This document shows, piece by piece, positions 1 through 13,612 of a stretch of 64,000 nt of DNA (positions are counted from its first letter, which is position 1; every line of letters starts with the position of its first letter). A program made the position numbers and the translations under genes. Below the pieces are notes generated by a model. It was not told the DNA's origin. It saw only the letters and a program-made list of their open reading frames with translations, and did not search any database. The stretch is from Octopus vulgaris (taxonomy: Eukaryota), in the NCBI GenBank assembly GCA_951406725.2, contig OX597814.1, positions 191,704,001 through 191,768,000 on the forward strand, read 5' to 3'.

Positions 1-560
1 GATGGTGATGATGATGATGATGGTGATGATTACGATGATGATAATGGTGATGATGATCATGATGATGATGATGATGGCGATGTTGAGGATGATGGTGATG
101 ATGATGATGAAGATGATGGTGGTGGTGGTGGTAGTGATGATGGTTGATGGTTATGATGATGGTGGTGGTGGTGTGGTGGTGGTAGTGATGATGGTTGATA
201 GTTATGATGATGATGATGATGATAATAATGTTGATGATGATGGTGATGATGTTGATGGAAATGTTGAAGAGAATGATGATGATGATGATGATGATGATGG
301 TGATTGGTGGTAATGAAGATGATGATGATGATGACAATGATGATGATAACAATGATGACGATGACAATGATGATGATGATAGGGGTGATAGTGACGGTAG
401 TCATCATCATCATCATCGTCAATGATCTCTTCCTCTTCCTTTTCACCACCACTACCATCATGATGATGATCATCATCATTCTTTTCCTCTATCATGATTC
501 GCTTCCTCTCAATCTCCTCCTCCTTCTTACACACCATCATCATCATCATCATCATTGCTA
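1..560. repeat. Degenerate (GAT/GGT)n switching to (CAT)n; similar blocks at 5570-6080 (GAT/AAT), 6840-7105 (AAT) and 15990-16086 (GAA)
   Basis: Direct reading; these blocks produce the poly-M/D/H/S ORFs. Confidence 0.95.
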
Positions 561-952
561 CAATCAGTGAACTAACAATGGTACCACTGCCATGCTCTTT
601 GGTCCAATCAGAAAGAGACTGGACAGTTTTGTATGGGATGCTTTTCGTTACATATTTTCCTAATCAGACCAGACCTGGGGTTTAACCAAGACCACCACCA
701 CCACCACCACCATGACGATTCCTTATTAACTCCAGTCTTCAGAATAACTATTTTAAACATTACCATCATTTTCACCATCTTCATCATTATCTCATTATCA
801 TCATCATTACTGTAATCACAGTCTTTGTCATCATCATCAGATCATTAGTAAACCTCATTATCGGCATCATTATAATTATCATCATCACCCTCATTATCTT
901 AAATACTAACACCACCACCATCACCACCACTACTACCACTACCACCACCACG

Positions 953-1002
<50 letters not shown>

Positions 1003-2223
1003 CGCTACCGTTATTATCATCATTTATTAAGCATGCTGGTTGAAATGCTTAGCGGTATTTTGTCTGTCTTTACATTCTGAGTTCAAATTCCACTGAGGTC
1101 GACTTTGCCTCTCACCCTTTTGGGGTCGATAAAATAAGTATCAGTGGATAATTGATTAATCGTGTAATCCCCTTTCCAAAATTTCAGATCTTGTACCTAT
1201 CACAGAAAGGATTATTATTAATATTATTGTCATTGTTGTTGTTGTTATTATTTTTGATTGATTTGATCCAAGTTCAGTATTGGCATAAGGAAGCAATGCC
1301 CGAAGGTAAGAAGATCAGATTATTGTGGTTAATCTTCATCAGTAATTCTTGCAGACTTGTAACAAGATAGGAACATAAATAGGCATGGATTTTCAGTTGA
1401 AGTTTTATTTTCTGTTTTGAGTCAGACTAATTCTACCAAACCAAAGTACAAACTCTTGTATTCTTTCTTTTACATTCTGTTGTGTCTGGAGAGAGTCATT
1501 TTCTTTTTGTGCCTTATAATGTAACACACCCACTGGTAAAATATCCACTTATTTCTTATTTTTATTTTCCTAAAATTTCTTTTACACTTATATATCTTTT
1601 ATTCCTTGCGCTGCAGCCATAACGAGGTACTGCCTTAACAAGCTTTGATTAATCATATCAACTCCAGTACTCATTGATATCTATTTGTCAAACTGCTAAG
1701 TCATGGGACATGCACATAGAGCACAGTTTTTCAAGCAGTGTCAGTATGAAGACAGATTTGGAAGCAGTCTTGGCAACACACAACTTTTGAGTCAAGAGAG
1801 ATTAGTGTTTGCTCGAGGATTAATGGGAATATTTTAAGCTTTTCCCCATCTGGCTTGGATTTGGGATGGTGCTACCATTGACAACTGATATTAGATTAAT
1901 CTTGTTTTATCACTGATAAGATTTCCCTAGTCATTTAGGACTTGCTTGACCTGCTAGAAACAATGTCATTAACAGACGTGCTAAAAGTGGTCTGACATCA
2001 TAAAAAAGAAGGAAGGACATACTAATTAATGTAGCTTTAAATAAATGTTGTCCAGCATCATCATCGTCACTTAGTGGCTGTTTTCCATACTGGCATGGGT
2101 TAGAAAGTTTGACCGGAACTGGTTGGCTGGAGAGCTGCACCAGGTTCCAGTCTGTTTTGGCTTGGTTTCAATGACTAGATGCCTTTCCTAATGCCAACCA
2201 CTCCACAGATTGTACTGGGTGCC

Positions 2224-2842
2224 GAGGTGAGCTGGCAGAAACATTAGCACACCGGGTGAAATGCTTAGCAGTATTTCATTCTGAGTTTAAATTCCACCGA
2301 GGTCGACTTTCCCTTTCATCCTTTCGGGGTCAATTAAATAAGTACCAGTTACATACTGGAGTCGATATAATCGACTTAATCCGTTTGTCTGTCCTTGTTT
2401 GTCCTATCTGTATTTAGCCCCTTGTGGGTAGTAAAAAAATAGGTATTTCGTCTGCCACTATGTTCTGAGTTCAAATTCCGCTGTGGTTGACTTTGCCTTT
2501 CATCCTTTCGGGGTCGATTAAATAAGTACCAGTTACACATTGGAGTCAATATAATCGACTAAATCCATTTGTCTGTCCTTGTTTGTCTCCTCTGTGTGTA
2601 GCCCCTTGTGGGCAATAAAGAAATAATAAACTTTAGCATGCCAGGCGAAATGTTTAGTGGTATTTCGTCTGCCACTACGTTCTGAGTTCAAATTCCACCG
2701 AGGTCGACTTAGCCATTCATCCTTTTGGGGTCGATTAAATAAGTACCAGTTACACACTGGGGTCGATGTAATCGACTTAATCCGTTTGTCTGTCCTTGTT
2801 TGTCCTCTCTGTGTTTAGCCCCTTGTGGGTAGTAAAGAAATA
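2224..2842 (+). mobile_element. Trimer of tRNA-derived SINE family A (Meta-SINE-like central domain)
   Basis: Head with B-box GAGTTCAAATTCC; domain GCCTTTCATCCTTTCGGGGTCGAT. Exact 17-bp TSD AGATTGTACTGGGTGCC at 2207 and 2843. Confidence 0.85.
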
Positions 2843-2959
2843 AGATTGTACTGGGTGCCTTTTATGTGTCACCATCATGAGTGCCTCTAACATGTCATTG
2901 GCATGGGTGCTTATTACATGCCACTGGCATAAGTGCCTTTTATGTGTCATCAGCATTGG

Positions 2960-3200
2960 CCTTGACTATGATTTCACTACACTCGACATGTCTTTCAAGC
3001 ACAGCAAATCGCCAACAGTCTTGGACATTTGTCATTGCCTCCATAAGACTCAACTTCCAAAGATCATATTTTGCTACCACATCCTAAGTCTTCCTAGGTC
3101 TACCTTTTCCACAGATTCCCTTATAGTAACAGATTGTTACTTCTTTAGGTAGCTGTCCTCATTCATATGCATCATATGGCCATACCAGCACAGTCTTCTT
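2960..3200 (-). mobile_element. Decayed RTE 3' end
   Basis: Minus strand RPRKT*DVVAKYDLWKLSLMEAMT...WRFAVLE, homologous to the C-terminus of the 31235 element. Confidence 0.65.
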
Positions 3201-4135
3201 ATAAAAAATAAATATCAATACATCTGGAACGTCATTGATTATCATGGTGTTAGTAATCAAACTGGCCAAATATTCCACCTGTTTTATGTTCAAACTGACC
3301 AAATCTGCCCCCACTCATGTCAACCCTACAATGTCATTCTAAAAATAGTCAACCACATCATCAAAATCTCCAATCTATGAGATAATATATAATTAATTCA
3401 AAACAGTCTAAGTGCAGGCATGTGGTACGAAGCTTGCTTCCCAACCATATGAATTGGGGTTCAGTCCCACTGTATGGCACCTTAGGTAAGTATCTTTTAC
3501 TACAGCCTCGAGCTGACCAAAGCTTTGTGAGTGGATTTGGTAGATGAAAACTGAAAGAAGCCTGCCATATATGTGTGTCTGTGTTTGTCTTCCCATCACT
3601 GCTTGACAGCCAATATTGGTGGGTTTATGTCCCTGTAATTAAGCAGTTCAGCAAAAGAGACTGATAGAATAAGTACAAGGATTAAAAAAAGAAAAGTCCT
3701 GGGGTCAAGTTGTTTGACTAAAACCCTTCAAGGCAATGCTGCAGCATGGCCACAGTCAAGTGACTGAAACTAGTAAAAGAACAAAAGAATAAAAGAAATA
3801 AGCATTACATTTTACAGAGTGACCTGAATTCTGAAAGGTCAAAGGTAATCTCGATCAGGGATGATCTGGGATTAAACAACACCATCTTGTGGCTCTTATG
3901 TGTTATGCTGAGAGTTGGTGATGTATACTGCATCCCAGACAGGACTCCAAATGAAGTCAATTGTGCAGATATTATCTGATATAGAAATCAGTATGTTCGA
4001 TAGAATGGATGAATATCATTTATTTTATCAAAAGGAGACAGTCTACTCTAAGAAGCAGTCATAAACAGCCAAGGGTTAAACCCAGAATAGACTGTAATAA
4101 TGTATACTAATAAATATTACATATGCATATATATA

Positions 4136-4176
<41 letters not shown>

Positions 4177-4220
4177 GGGGTGTGGGTGTATGTGTATATG
4201 TATGTATATCATATATATGA

Positions 4221-4269
<49 letters not shown>

Positions 4270-4414
4270 AGCATGGGTGTGTGTGCATGTGTGTGTATGT
4301 GTATATGTATGTATATCATATATATGAATATATATGTATATATATGTGTGAGTGTGTGTGTGCAGATACACATATATATATCTATCTATATATGTATGTC
4401 TATAAATATATATG

Positions 4415-4461
<47 letters not shown>

Positions 4462-4739
4462 ATATGCATATATATTTATATATGTATGTATAGGTCTATA
4501 TATATATATGTGTAGGTGTAGGAATGGCTGTGTGATAAGAAGATATAGGCCCAGGAGTGACTGTGTAGTAAGTAACTTGCTTACCAACCACATGGTTCTG
4601 GGTTCAAGTCCCACTGCATGGCACCTTGGGCAAGTGTCTTCTACTATAGCCTCAGGCTGACCAAAGCTTTGTGAATGGATTTGGTAGATGGAAACTGGAA
4701 GAAGCCTGTCATATATATGTATATCTATATATTATATGA

Positions 4740-5200
4740 GAGCTGCAATGCTGTATGGGAGTGAGACATGATGTTTGAGAGAGAGAGGGAGATGGCAATT
4801 TTGAGAAGGAATGAGAGAGCAATGGTGAGAGAAATGTGTGGCGTGAGGCTGTTTGATAAGAGGAGGACTGAGGACTTGATGGGGATGCTGGGGTTGGAGG
4901 AATCAGTGGAACAGCTGGTATGGGCGAATGGAGTGCAGTGGTATGGGCAAGTGTTGAGGTGGGATGAGGAGCCTTTTCTGAAGAGGGTGCTAGAGTTTGA
5001 GGTAAATGGACAGTGAAAGCGAGGCAGACTGAGGAAAATGTAGAGGGGACAGGTGGAGGAGGAGATTGGGAAGGTTGGCTTGAGAAGGGAAGATGCCCAA
5101 AATTGGGCAAGATGGCGAGATAGTGTGAGGGTGGTTGCTATGGCACTGAGGTAGATCCGGCTACCCCCATTAATGGGAACAAAACTCGCATTCAAAGTGA
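4740..5200 (+). mobile_element. RTE-like LINE 3' end, different family
   Basis: ILRRNERAMVREMCGVRL...VQWYGQVLRWDEEPFLKRVLEFEVNG. Confidence 0.75.
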
Positions 5201-5205
5201 TGGAG

Positions 5206-5243
<38 letters not shown>

Positions 5244-7004
5244 GTTGGTGTTAGGAAGGGCATCCAGCTGTAGAAACTCTGCCAGATCATATTGGAGCCT
5301 GGTGCAGCCATCTGGTTTGCCAGTCCTCAGTCAAATCATCGAACCCATGCTAGCATAGAAAGCAGATGTTAAATGATGATGAAACGATGATGATATATAT
5401 TTATATGTATAAACACTCACACATGTTTGTTGTTCAATAGACTGAGAGATTACTACCAAACTTGGGAAAAGGTGTGGGTTGGTAACAAGAAGTGCATTTG
5501 GTCAAGAAAAACTCTGTTCCAATATATTCTCTTCTGACCCATGCAAGCATGGAAAAGTAGAAGTTAAACGGTGATGCTGAAGCTGATGATAATGAGAACG
5601 ATGATAACGATGGTAATGACAATGACAATAATGATGATGATGATAATGATGATGATGATGATGATAATGATGATAATGATGATGATGATGACGACAACGA
5701 CGACGATGATGATGATAACAATGGTAATGGCAATGACAATAATGATGATGATGATAATGATGATAATGATGATGATGATGATGATGATGATGATAACAAT
5801 GGTAATGACAATGATGATGATGATAATGATGATGATGATGAAGATGATGATGACGATGATGATGATGATAACAATGGTAATGACAATGATGATGATGATG
5901 ATGATAATGATGATAAGGATGATGATGATGAAGATGATGACAATGATGATGATGATGATAACAATGGTAATGACAATGAAAATAATGATGATGATGATAA
6001 TGATGATGATAATGATGACGATGATGATGATAACAGTAATAATGACAATGATGATGACGACGACGACGACAACCATCATGGTAAATGAACACATTAAGAT
6101 TTCAAGACACAAATATTTTGCATGGAAATGAATAATAAAAAAAAGTGCGATAAAACATGCAATGATTAAAAAGCAAGTTATAAAAAGGAAATAAAACACG
6201 AAAACTTAATAGCTAGGTCAGGTTTAGACACTGCCAACATCTCTGCCTGTCTACCATTGTATTCTTGTCTTGTGCAGCCAAAAGCACCATTTAACATTTT
6301 CTGACTTGGTTGTCAGTTGCAAAACACCCACATCCTTCAGGTTAGTATTGTTTCAGTACGTTAAATAGTCTCGGTAGCAATTTTTACACACAATCTATCT
6401 TATATAGTGTTATATTTATTCCAAACCTAACTGCACCTGTGTTATTTTTACTTCATTGGAATATCCATGGCGCCACAGTTATGGGATTTTATCTATCAGT
6501 TGTCAGTTTGATTTTTGAAGAACATCGAATCTCAGCTCTTTCTCTTCATCTTTCCCATTGTTTTTCTGAGGAAGGGCATTGCTTGTGTTTCGAACAAATT
6601 GTTCCTCTTCACCTGTTTTAATTGTTTTTTATTGACCTTTCATTTTTGTTTTTTGTTTTTAGTTTTTAGATTTTCTTTTTCTTCTCTTATTTTCCTTATG
6701 TGTTTTTCTTGACAGTTTTGTACGCTTTCCTCAGCAACCATTTTCTTTCCTTCCTCATAAAATAATACAATGATACAGTCCATGCCACAGTTGGATTATT
6801 TCAGCAGGCCTATTTAACCGCATAATTTTTACCATTCTTTATAATAATAATAATAATAATTATAATAATAATGATGATGATGATGATGATGATAATAATA
6901 ATGATAACAATAATAATAACAACAACAATAGTAACATAATAATAATAACATAATGATCAACAACAATAATAATAATAACAATAATAATAATAATAATAAT
7001 AATG

Positions 7005-7035
<31 letters not shown>

Positions 7036-7104
7036 TAATAATGATAATAGCAACAACAACAACAACAATAATAATAACAATAATAACAATAACAATAATA
7101 AATA

Positions 7105-7590
7105 ATGACACATGAGAGTATTCCTTGTGATCATAATATCTCAGTAAAAGAATCTGACAAGCTCAGATTTGCTAATTGAAATTGGAAAATTGTGGTATCT
7201 CAAGGCAGTTACAATAGCATTGATTGCAAGAGCATTTGGAATGATCAACAAAGGAACAGCAAATTATTTGAGAATGATGCCTACATTACCATCCAAGCAA
7301 AAAGTGAAAAATATTCTTTTATGCTCTAGGCACAAAGCCCAGAACTTGGGAGAGGGGGGGCCAGTCGATTAGATTGACCCCAGTATGCAATTGGTACTTC
7401 ATTTATCGACCCCAAAAGGATGAAGGGCAAAGTCGACCTCAGAGGATTTGAACTCAGAACATAAAGGCAGACGAAATACCGTTAAGCATTTTGCCAATGT
7501 GCTAACGTTTCCGCCAGCTAAAGTGCAAAATATTGTTGTAACTAGTATGTTACATGTATTGAGAAGAGCATTGTCACTGTGAGAATGATT
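7105..7590 (+). mobile_element. Dong/R4-type LINE REL-endonuclease remnant split by a SINE
   Basis: SIPCDHNISVKE..IEIGKLWYLKAVTIALIARAFGMI.. then VQNIVVTSMLHVLRRAL. The SINE (7316-7519, -) has TSD AAAGTG[A/C]AAAATATT at 7301 and 7520. Confidence 0.75.
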
Positions 7591-7683
7591 ACAACCCACG
7601 TAAACATTTTTTTTACTTTCTTTTTACTTTTTCTGTTTTCTTTCTTTTTGCTCATTTTATTTTCACATAACTTAACTTTGTAT

Positions 7684-8000
7684 GTGGAGGTGCAATGGCC
7701 CAGTGGTTAGGGCAGCGGACTCGTGGTTGGAGGATCGCGGTTTCGATTCCCAGACCGGGCGTTGTGAGTGTTTATTGAGCGAAAACACCTAAACCTCCAC
7801 GAGGCTCCTGCAGGGGGTGGTGGCGACACCTGTTGTACTCTTTCGCCCCAACTTTCTCTCACTCTTTCTTCCTGTTTCTTGGGTAACACTGCAATGGACT
7901 GGCATCCCGTCCAGCTGGTTTGACACATACGCCACAGAAACTGGGAAACCGGGCCCATGAGCCTGGCTAGGCTTGAAAAGGGTGCATAAATAAAAAAAAT
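7684..8000 (+). mobile_element. tRNA-derived SINE family C (others at ~20700-21470 +, 59490-59765 -)
   Basis: tRNA-like head TGGCCCAGTGGTTAGGGC...GGTTTCGATTCCC, then a non-tRNA body and A-rich tail. Confidence 0.8.
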
Positions 8001-8059
8001 AACTTTGTAAATGAACAATCTGGTGTGACTATCTTAAGGACCTATCAATGTATAAGGTG

Positions 8060-8930
8060 AGTTTCTTTGCCCTAGGTGTCAAAAAGACACTTGGCATGAA
8101 ATGGGAACAAAATTAAAAGAAGAAAAACTCGTAATAATAACAAAATGTATTCCATCCTAAAAGAAATACTGACCAACTCTATCTGCCAAGAAGGGAAGGT
8201 GGTAGAGGATTATTAAACACAGAAAACACTGTTGGTATTGTGATACTGGATCTGAAAAGGTGAACTGGCAGAAACGTTAGCACGCCGGGCGAAATGCTAG
8301 GCGGTATTTCATCTGCCACTATGCTCCGAGTTCAAATTCCACCGAGGTCGACTTTGCCTTTCATCCTTTCGGGGTCGATTAAATAAATACCAATTACACA
8401 CTGGGGTCGATGTAATCGACTTAATCTGTTTGTCTGTCCTTGTTTGTCCCCTCCGTGTTTAGCCCCTTGTGGGTAGTAAAGAAATAGGTATTTCGTCTGT
8501 TGCTATGCTCTGAGTTCAAATTCTGCTGAGGTCGACTTTGCCTTTCATCCTTTCGGGGCCGATAAATTAAGTACCAGTTACGCACTGGGATCGATGTAAT
8601 CTACTTAATCCCTTTGTCTGTCCTTGTTAGTCCCCTCTGTGTGTAGCCTCTTGTGGGTAGTAAAGAAAGAGGTACTGGATCTGAAAAATGATGCTGTACT
8701 GAGTAAAGAAAGAATACTTTTGGCAATTGAAGATACTCAAAGAGTGACTGAAACAATAGAAGAATTCAAAGAGAAAAGGAAGAACAACAGAATGAACAAA
8801 TGGAAAGATATGGAGCAGCATGGCAATTCATGCAACAAGCTGAAAATGCTGAAAGTGAAACCCACTGGATTCAGTTGACAAATGGGAACTTGAAACGAGA
8901 AGCAGAAATGTTAATTATAGCCTCAAGATA
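8060..8930 (+). mobile_element. Dong/R4-type LINE RT C-terminal remnant split by a SINE dimer
   Basis: HPKRNTDQLYLPRREGGRGL motif; continues W..MEQHG and GNLKREAEMLIIA. Confidence 0.8.
8259..8672 (+). mobile_element. Dimer of SINE family A
   Basis: Exact 15-bp TSD TACTGGATCTGAAAA at 8244 and 8673. Confidence 0.88.
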
Positions 8931-9239
8931 AAATACCTGCGAGCTAAATTAGCATGCATTAATGTAATAATAGTGTTGATGGCTTCAAATTTTGGCACAA
9001 TTTCAAGGAAGGAAGTGAGTTGATTACATTGATCTCCCCCCCAGTGATCAACTGATACTTTTTTTATCGACCCTGAAAGAATGAAAGGTAAAGGATGAAA
9101 AGGACATAAAAATGGATGAAATGCAGTTAAGCATTTTGCCCAATATGCTAACGTTTCTGCCTGCTTGCCACCTTAATAATGACAATAATAAAAATAATAA
9201 TGATGATAATAATAATTATAATAATAATAATGATGATGG

Positions 9240-9667
9240 ACCTGCCAAACACTGAGCAAATATAAAGATCTTGAAATAAAAATTAGTAAAATGTGGAACC
9301 TGAAGACTAAAACAATACCTGTTGTCATAGGTGCCCTGGGAATGATAGCAAAAGGGTCTGATTGCTACCTAGCTCAGATACCAGGAAAACCCAAAATGGC
9401 AGAAATTCAAAAGATAGTGCTCATGGGAATTGCTCATATCCTACGCAAAGTGTAATCTCAAGTTTTAAAACAAACACATAATTTTCTTATGGTTTCTTAA
9501 ACATTCTCTAGAACAACACTATGTACAAAACCAAATGTATGACACCCTAGGCATAAAACCAAAATGAACTTCCAACTTGTTGTCTCTTGAGGTCTCTGGG
9601 TGAGACTTGGAGCCAACTTGTACAAATGTAAAGCAAAAGTCAAACATAGAATAATAATAATAATAAT
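9240..9667 (+). mobile_element. Dong/R4-type LINE 3' end with (TAA)n tail
   Basis: KYKDLEIKISKMWNLKTKTIPVVIGALG...IQKIVLMGIAHILRK, then UTR and (AAT)n. Confidence 0.8.
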
Positions 9668-9889
9668 TTATTTCTTTATTGCCCACAAGAGGCTAAACAT
9701 AGAGGGGACAAACAAGGACAAACAAAGGGATTAAGTGATTACATCGACCCCAGTGTGTAACTGGTACTTATTTAATTGACCCTGAAAGGATGAAAGGCAA
9801 AGTCGACCTTGGCAGAATTTGGACTCAGAATGTAACGGTAGACAAAATACTGCAAAGCATTTCACCTGGCGTGCTAACAATTTTACAAA

Positions 9890-10680
9890 TACAAAAGACT
9901 GGTGGCTATGGATGAGGAGGAGTGACCTGAAGATAGAGACGGAAGCACTTATATGCTCAGCTCAAGATCAAGTGTTAAGGACTAACTATGTGAAGTGCAG
10001 AATCGACAACACTACCGAATGTGTGGTGGGAGGGGTGAAATGGTATGGCACATCGTTAGCAAATGTCTGAGACTGACACAACACAAACAAAAGACGACAT
10101 GACAATGTGGTAAGAATAATCCATTGAAAGTTATACAGAAATCACAGCCTATAAAGAGCAAGGATGTAGTATCAGCAAGCTCCAGAAGGAGTCACCAAGA
10201 AAGAAAATTGCAAAATCCTGTGGGATGCAATTATTTAGTGTGATCACCTGGCAAGACATTGGAAACTGGACATTGTTGTGGTGAAAAAAACAGAAAGAAG
10301 ACGAATGATAATTAAGATTGCATGTCCCGGTGACAACAGGATCAATGTGAAAGAAGAAGAAAAAATAAACAACTATGACGATTTGAAGTGAGAAATACGA
10401 AGGTTATGGTCAATGAGGAAAGTAGACGTGATATCAATAGTAATTGACACACTTGGAAGTATCAGCACTCAACTACCAAAATGGCTCCAAAAGATTGGTA
10501 CAAATGTAAAGATAGAACACCTACAAAAATCAGCATTGCTTGGAACTGTAAGAATTATTTGCATGGTTCTTGAAGCATGACCAGTAAACAAGTGTCACCT
10601 TAGTCTGCTGGCTGTGGACAGCTGACACAACCCACCATATCCAGCAAAATAAGCTGTGAGTTTTAAAATAATAATAATGA
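9890..10680 (+). mobile_element. Dong/R4-type LINE 3' part (zinc knuckle, REL endonuclease, UTR, (TAA)n)
   Basis: WLWMRRSDLKIETEALICSAQDQ..HIVSKC..RRHDNV..KILWD..DIVV..IACPGD..KEEEK. Confidence 0.85.
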
Positions 10681-11747
10681 TGATGATGATGAGGATGTTG
10701 ATAATAATAATGCTGTGATGCAGTACCAGGCAGTGGCACTCATAGCTTTTGATCTTAACTGATTGGAAGTGTAATCATAAAAGATGGGATACAGCAAATA
10801 TTCTGCTCAATATCACAGATCTGCTTGTCAGTTGTTTGACCTTAATCAGCTGAACATGTTCCTTAGGAGCTGTTGATATGTGCATCTTTGATCACAAGTA
10901 GAAGTAATAGAGGAGCATCATAGTAGCATGTTGAGAGGAATTCTTTGGGGTTTGAATAAATCACCTCTGGAAATAAGGGCGATTTATTCATCATCCTTAA
11001 ACAACCCTTATTCAGGGACCTTTTGCATGGGATGGGCCACTTGACATGAAGAAAATTCTGAGCCCCATCTGCAAGGTCATGCACTGTTTATCTTGATATG
11101 AGATCACTATGTCACACACATATTGTTGTAATGCATGTGCCTGGTTTACCCTTATCAGATGAGTAGTCATGATGGGTATATTGGGCTTCATATATTTGTA
11201 CCTCTCATTCAATAACAACAACAATAATTAATAATGATAATAAATATATGTATATATATATATATATATACTCCACAAAAAGTATTGAGTTTTCCTTCAG
11301 CTTAACTTAAAATTGTTTATATTATAAATTGACATAAAAACAAATATTAATATTTATATGTGTCTGTGTGTGTGTATGTGTGTGTATATACGTATATATA
11401 TATATGTATGTGTGTGTGTCTGTGTGTATACATATATTTACACACACACACGTTTTTTTCTTTTCTCATCATTTAATGTCCATCTTCCTACATACAGCAC
11501 CAAGTAAAAGCACCCATGCAGCACCATGTAGAAGTGCCCATGTGGTGCCACATAAAAGCACCCAAGCATACTCTGGAAAGTGGTTGGCATTAGCAAGGGC
11601 ATCCAGCCGTAGAATCCATGCCAAGTTAGACTGGAATCTAGAGCATCTCCCCAGCTTGCCAGCTCTGGTCAAACCATCTAGCCCATGTCAGCATAGGCAA
11701 AGGACATTAAATGATGATGATGATGATGATACATACACATATGTATC

Positions 11748-11919
11748 ATGCGTAGGAGTGGCTGTGTGGTAAGTAGCTTGCTTATCAATCACATGGTTCT
11801 GGGTTCAGTCCCACTGCATGGCACCTTGGGCAAGTGTCTTCTACTATAGCCTCAGGCCGACCAAAGCCTTGTGAGTGGATTTAGTCGACGGAAACTGAAA
11901 GAAGCCCGTTGTATCTATG

Positions 11920-11978
<59 letters not shown>

Positions 11979-12205
11979 GTATGTGTTTGTATGTCTGTGT
12001 TTGTCCCCCCAACATTGCTTGACAACTGATGCTGGTGTGTTTACGTCCCTGTAACTTAGCGGTTCGGCAAAAGAGACCAATAGAATAAGTACTAGGCTTA
12101 CAAAGAATAAGTCCTGGGGTCTATTTACTCAACTAAAAAAGGCAGTGCTCCAGCATGGCCACAGTCAAATGACTGAAACAAGTCAAAGAGTAAAAGAGTA
12201 AAAGA
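11748..12205 (+). mobile_element. Bipartite CORE-type tRNA SINE (family B) with internal (TA)/(TG) tract. Other copies at ~3410-3795+, 4510-4712+, 19638-20032-, 23350-23766+, 26527-26890-, 27468-28105-, 37263-37680+, 42005-42408-, 45760-46360-, 54472-55145+, 63625-64000-
   Basis: A/B boxes (TGGCTGTGTGG; GGTTCAGTCCC), CORE-like GCACCTTGGGCAAGT, central microsatellite, 3' tail (GTAAAAGA)n. Confidence 0.85.
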
Positions 12206-13394
12206 ATACACAGAATGGGATTCCTTCAGTTTCCATCTACCATATCCACTCACAAGGCTTTGTACTGGGGCCACAGTAGATGACACCTGCCCAAAGTGCT
12301 TTGCAATAGGACTGAACCAAGAACCATGTGGTAGTAGCATGATGATGGTGGTGATGATGATGGCGATGGAGGGTACCCGTGGTGGTTATTATTAAGTACA
12401 TAGTATATATACATAGTTTCTATGGTCAAGGAATCAAAACCATAACCTTATGATCATGACTGCATTGTTCTAACCACCTTGCCATGTACCTTTACAAATT
12501 TAACTGTTATTTCTAGCACATCAAGTAGCCATGTAAAGGCTCATATTTTGTTGCTCTTGTTATTATAATTTAGCTCCAGCCAGCCCTGAACTAGCAGACC
12601 TATGATCAAAAAGGATATACAATAATAGAATATAACACACACACAAAACACAACACACACGTAATACACACACACACACACACAATAACCCACCCCAGCT
12701 ACATACACACAAGAAACAGAGACAGACAATCACACACACAATAACTTGACTCATCCCAGCTACATACACAAAAGAAACAGACTGACTTACAGTCACACAC
12801 ACACACTCACACACATACACACACATGCACATACATACAGTGCTTCTACTCCAACACATAATAACACACATACACATATTCACACTCATGTAGACATATA
12901 GAAACATGCACAAACGTAAACAATACACATGCTCGTATGCACAATGCTTCTCTCTACCACATACAGTAACACACGTACACACATATACACATCACATCAC
13001 AGCATGTTCCTTATTTATGCCAAAACATGAACTGATGCCAACATAGCCAAGATGTGAAATAGTGCCAAGCGATCAGCTGGCATTGGTTACCTTGTAAAGA
13101 ACTGGTAAAAATTAACAATTGGTTCTTCATCCAACTGTCTCTTATCTTTGGTGCCATTGAGAAACATTTTTCAAACACGACAAAAGTGTGGCGCTTTATA
13201 ATAGTACAAAGACTGATTGAGGTATTGATGTGTTAAAAAGAAAATTATGCTACTGCTGCTGCTGTTGATGATGGTGATGATGATGATGATGTATATGTGT
13301 GTGTGTATGATATATGCGTGTATGTATGATATATGTAGGGAAGTAGATATGAATGTACGTATGATTGTATGTATGTTTGATGTATATTTGTATG

Positions 13395-13612
13395 TCTATC
13401 TATCTATCCGCTCAGTCGAAGTCGACTCTCGGTTACTCGATGGATCAGTGTTGTCCAGTCAGTTCTATCCTGGGCCGCTTCTTTCAAATTGGCTATGTCC
13501 ATTCCGGTATCACTCTTGATGGTGTCAAGCCAGCGGGTTCTTGGTCAGTTTCTTCCTCTCTTGCCACTGACCATTCCGAGCATGATGTCCTTCTCCAAGG
13601 ATTTTCTCCGCA
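13395..13612 (-). mobile_element. RTE (BovB-like) LINE 3' end
   Basis: Minus strand SLEKDIMLGMVSGKRGR..PRTRWLDTIK...RVTESRLRLSG, followed by a GATA tail. Confidence 0.75.

Noticed and set aside
1270-1311. Strong donor AAG|GTAAGA after a short open stretch (YWHKEAMPE)
   Set aside because: Too short, weak acceptor, no partner exons or homology.
2-7134. Poly-M/D/H/S/I/L ORFs
   Set aside because: Trinucleotide microsatellite artefacts, open in several frames on both strands.
7684-7756. Possible tRNA gene
   Set aside because: Continues into a SINE body found in other copies; no clean acceptor stem or oligo-T terminator.
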